The position numbers were made by a program, and so were the translations under genes. Under the pieces are notes generated by a model, which had not been told where the DNA came from, did not search any database, and saw only the letters and a program-made list of their open reading frames with translations. From Octopus sinensis (Eukaryota), in NCBI RefSeq assembly GCF_006345805.1, contig NC_042998.1, positions 140,616,001 through 140,680,000 on the forward strand: DNA of 64,000 nt, given 5' to 3'. This document shows positions 63,859 to 64,000 of this stretch, piece by piece. Position 1 is the stretch's first letter. Each line of letters begins with the position of its first letter.

Positions 63859-63902
63859 CCACCTGATGAATGTCATTTGAAGACATGAAACAATTGTAGT
63901 GG
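63859..63902 (+). ncRNA. Minimal type I hammerhead ribozyme
   Basis: ccac-CTGATGA-atgtc(atttgaa)gacat-GAAA-caattg-TA-gtgg: 4 bp stem I, 5 bp stem II, palindromic stem III, GUA triplet. Confidence 0.8.
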
Positions 63903-64000
63903 CGATTTATTTACTTTATATTAAATTTTTTTTATGTATTGATTAAGTCTTTCCTTGTTTGATTTGCAAAATAGTGGTTTTGTCTCTAATTAATATTATA

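Overview
AT-rich eukaryotic DNA dominated by microsatellites and transposable elements. The SINE families and simple-repeat density suggest a coleoid cephalopod, probably Octopus (inference from recognition, not checked). No host protein-coding gene can be called with confidence; most ORF-track entries are translations of simple repeats. Supported content: (1) a near full-length but dead Tx1-clade L1 element (45086-50060, minus) and several Tx1 fragments; (2) a young, 5'-truncated CR1/L2-group LINE with an (AACT)9 tail (11766-14323) nested in an older LINE; (3) RTE, RLE-type (R4/Dong/NeSL-like) and Penelope-like fragments; (4) mariner, Tc1-like, pogo-like and Helitron DNA elements; (5) three tRNA-derived SINE families (labelled A, B, C here) in many copies. 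The most notable observations are several minimal type-I hammerhead ribozyme folds, two of them mirrored in an ~820 bp near-perfect palindrome; a 3' tail shared by SINE family A and the Tx1 LINE; a ~680 bp inverted duplication that starts at a SINE 5' end and stops at a T8 run; a 44-bp-stem hairpin; an Asp/Cys-coding-compatible minisatellite; and one plausible orphan exon. Coordinates of degenerate repeats are approximate.
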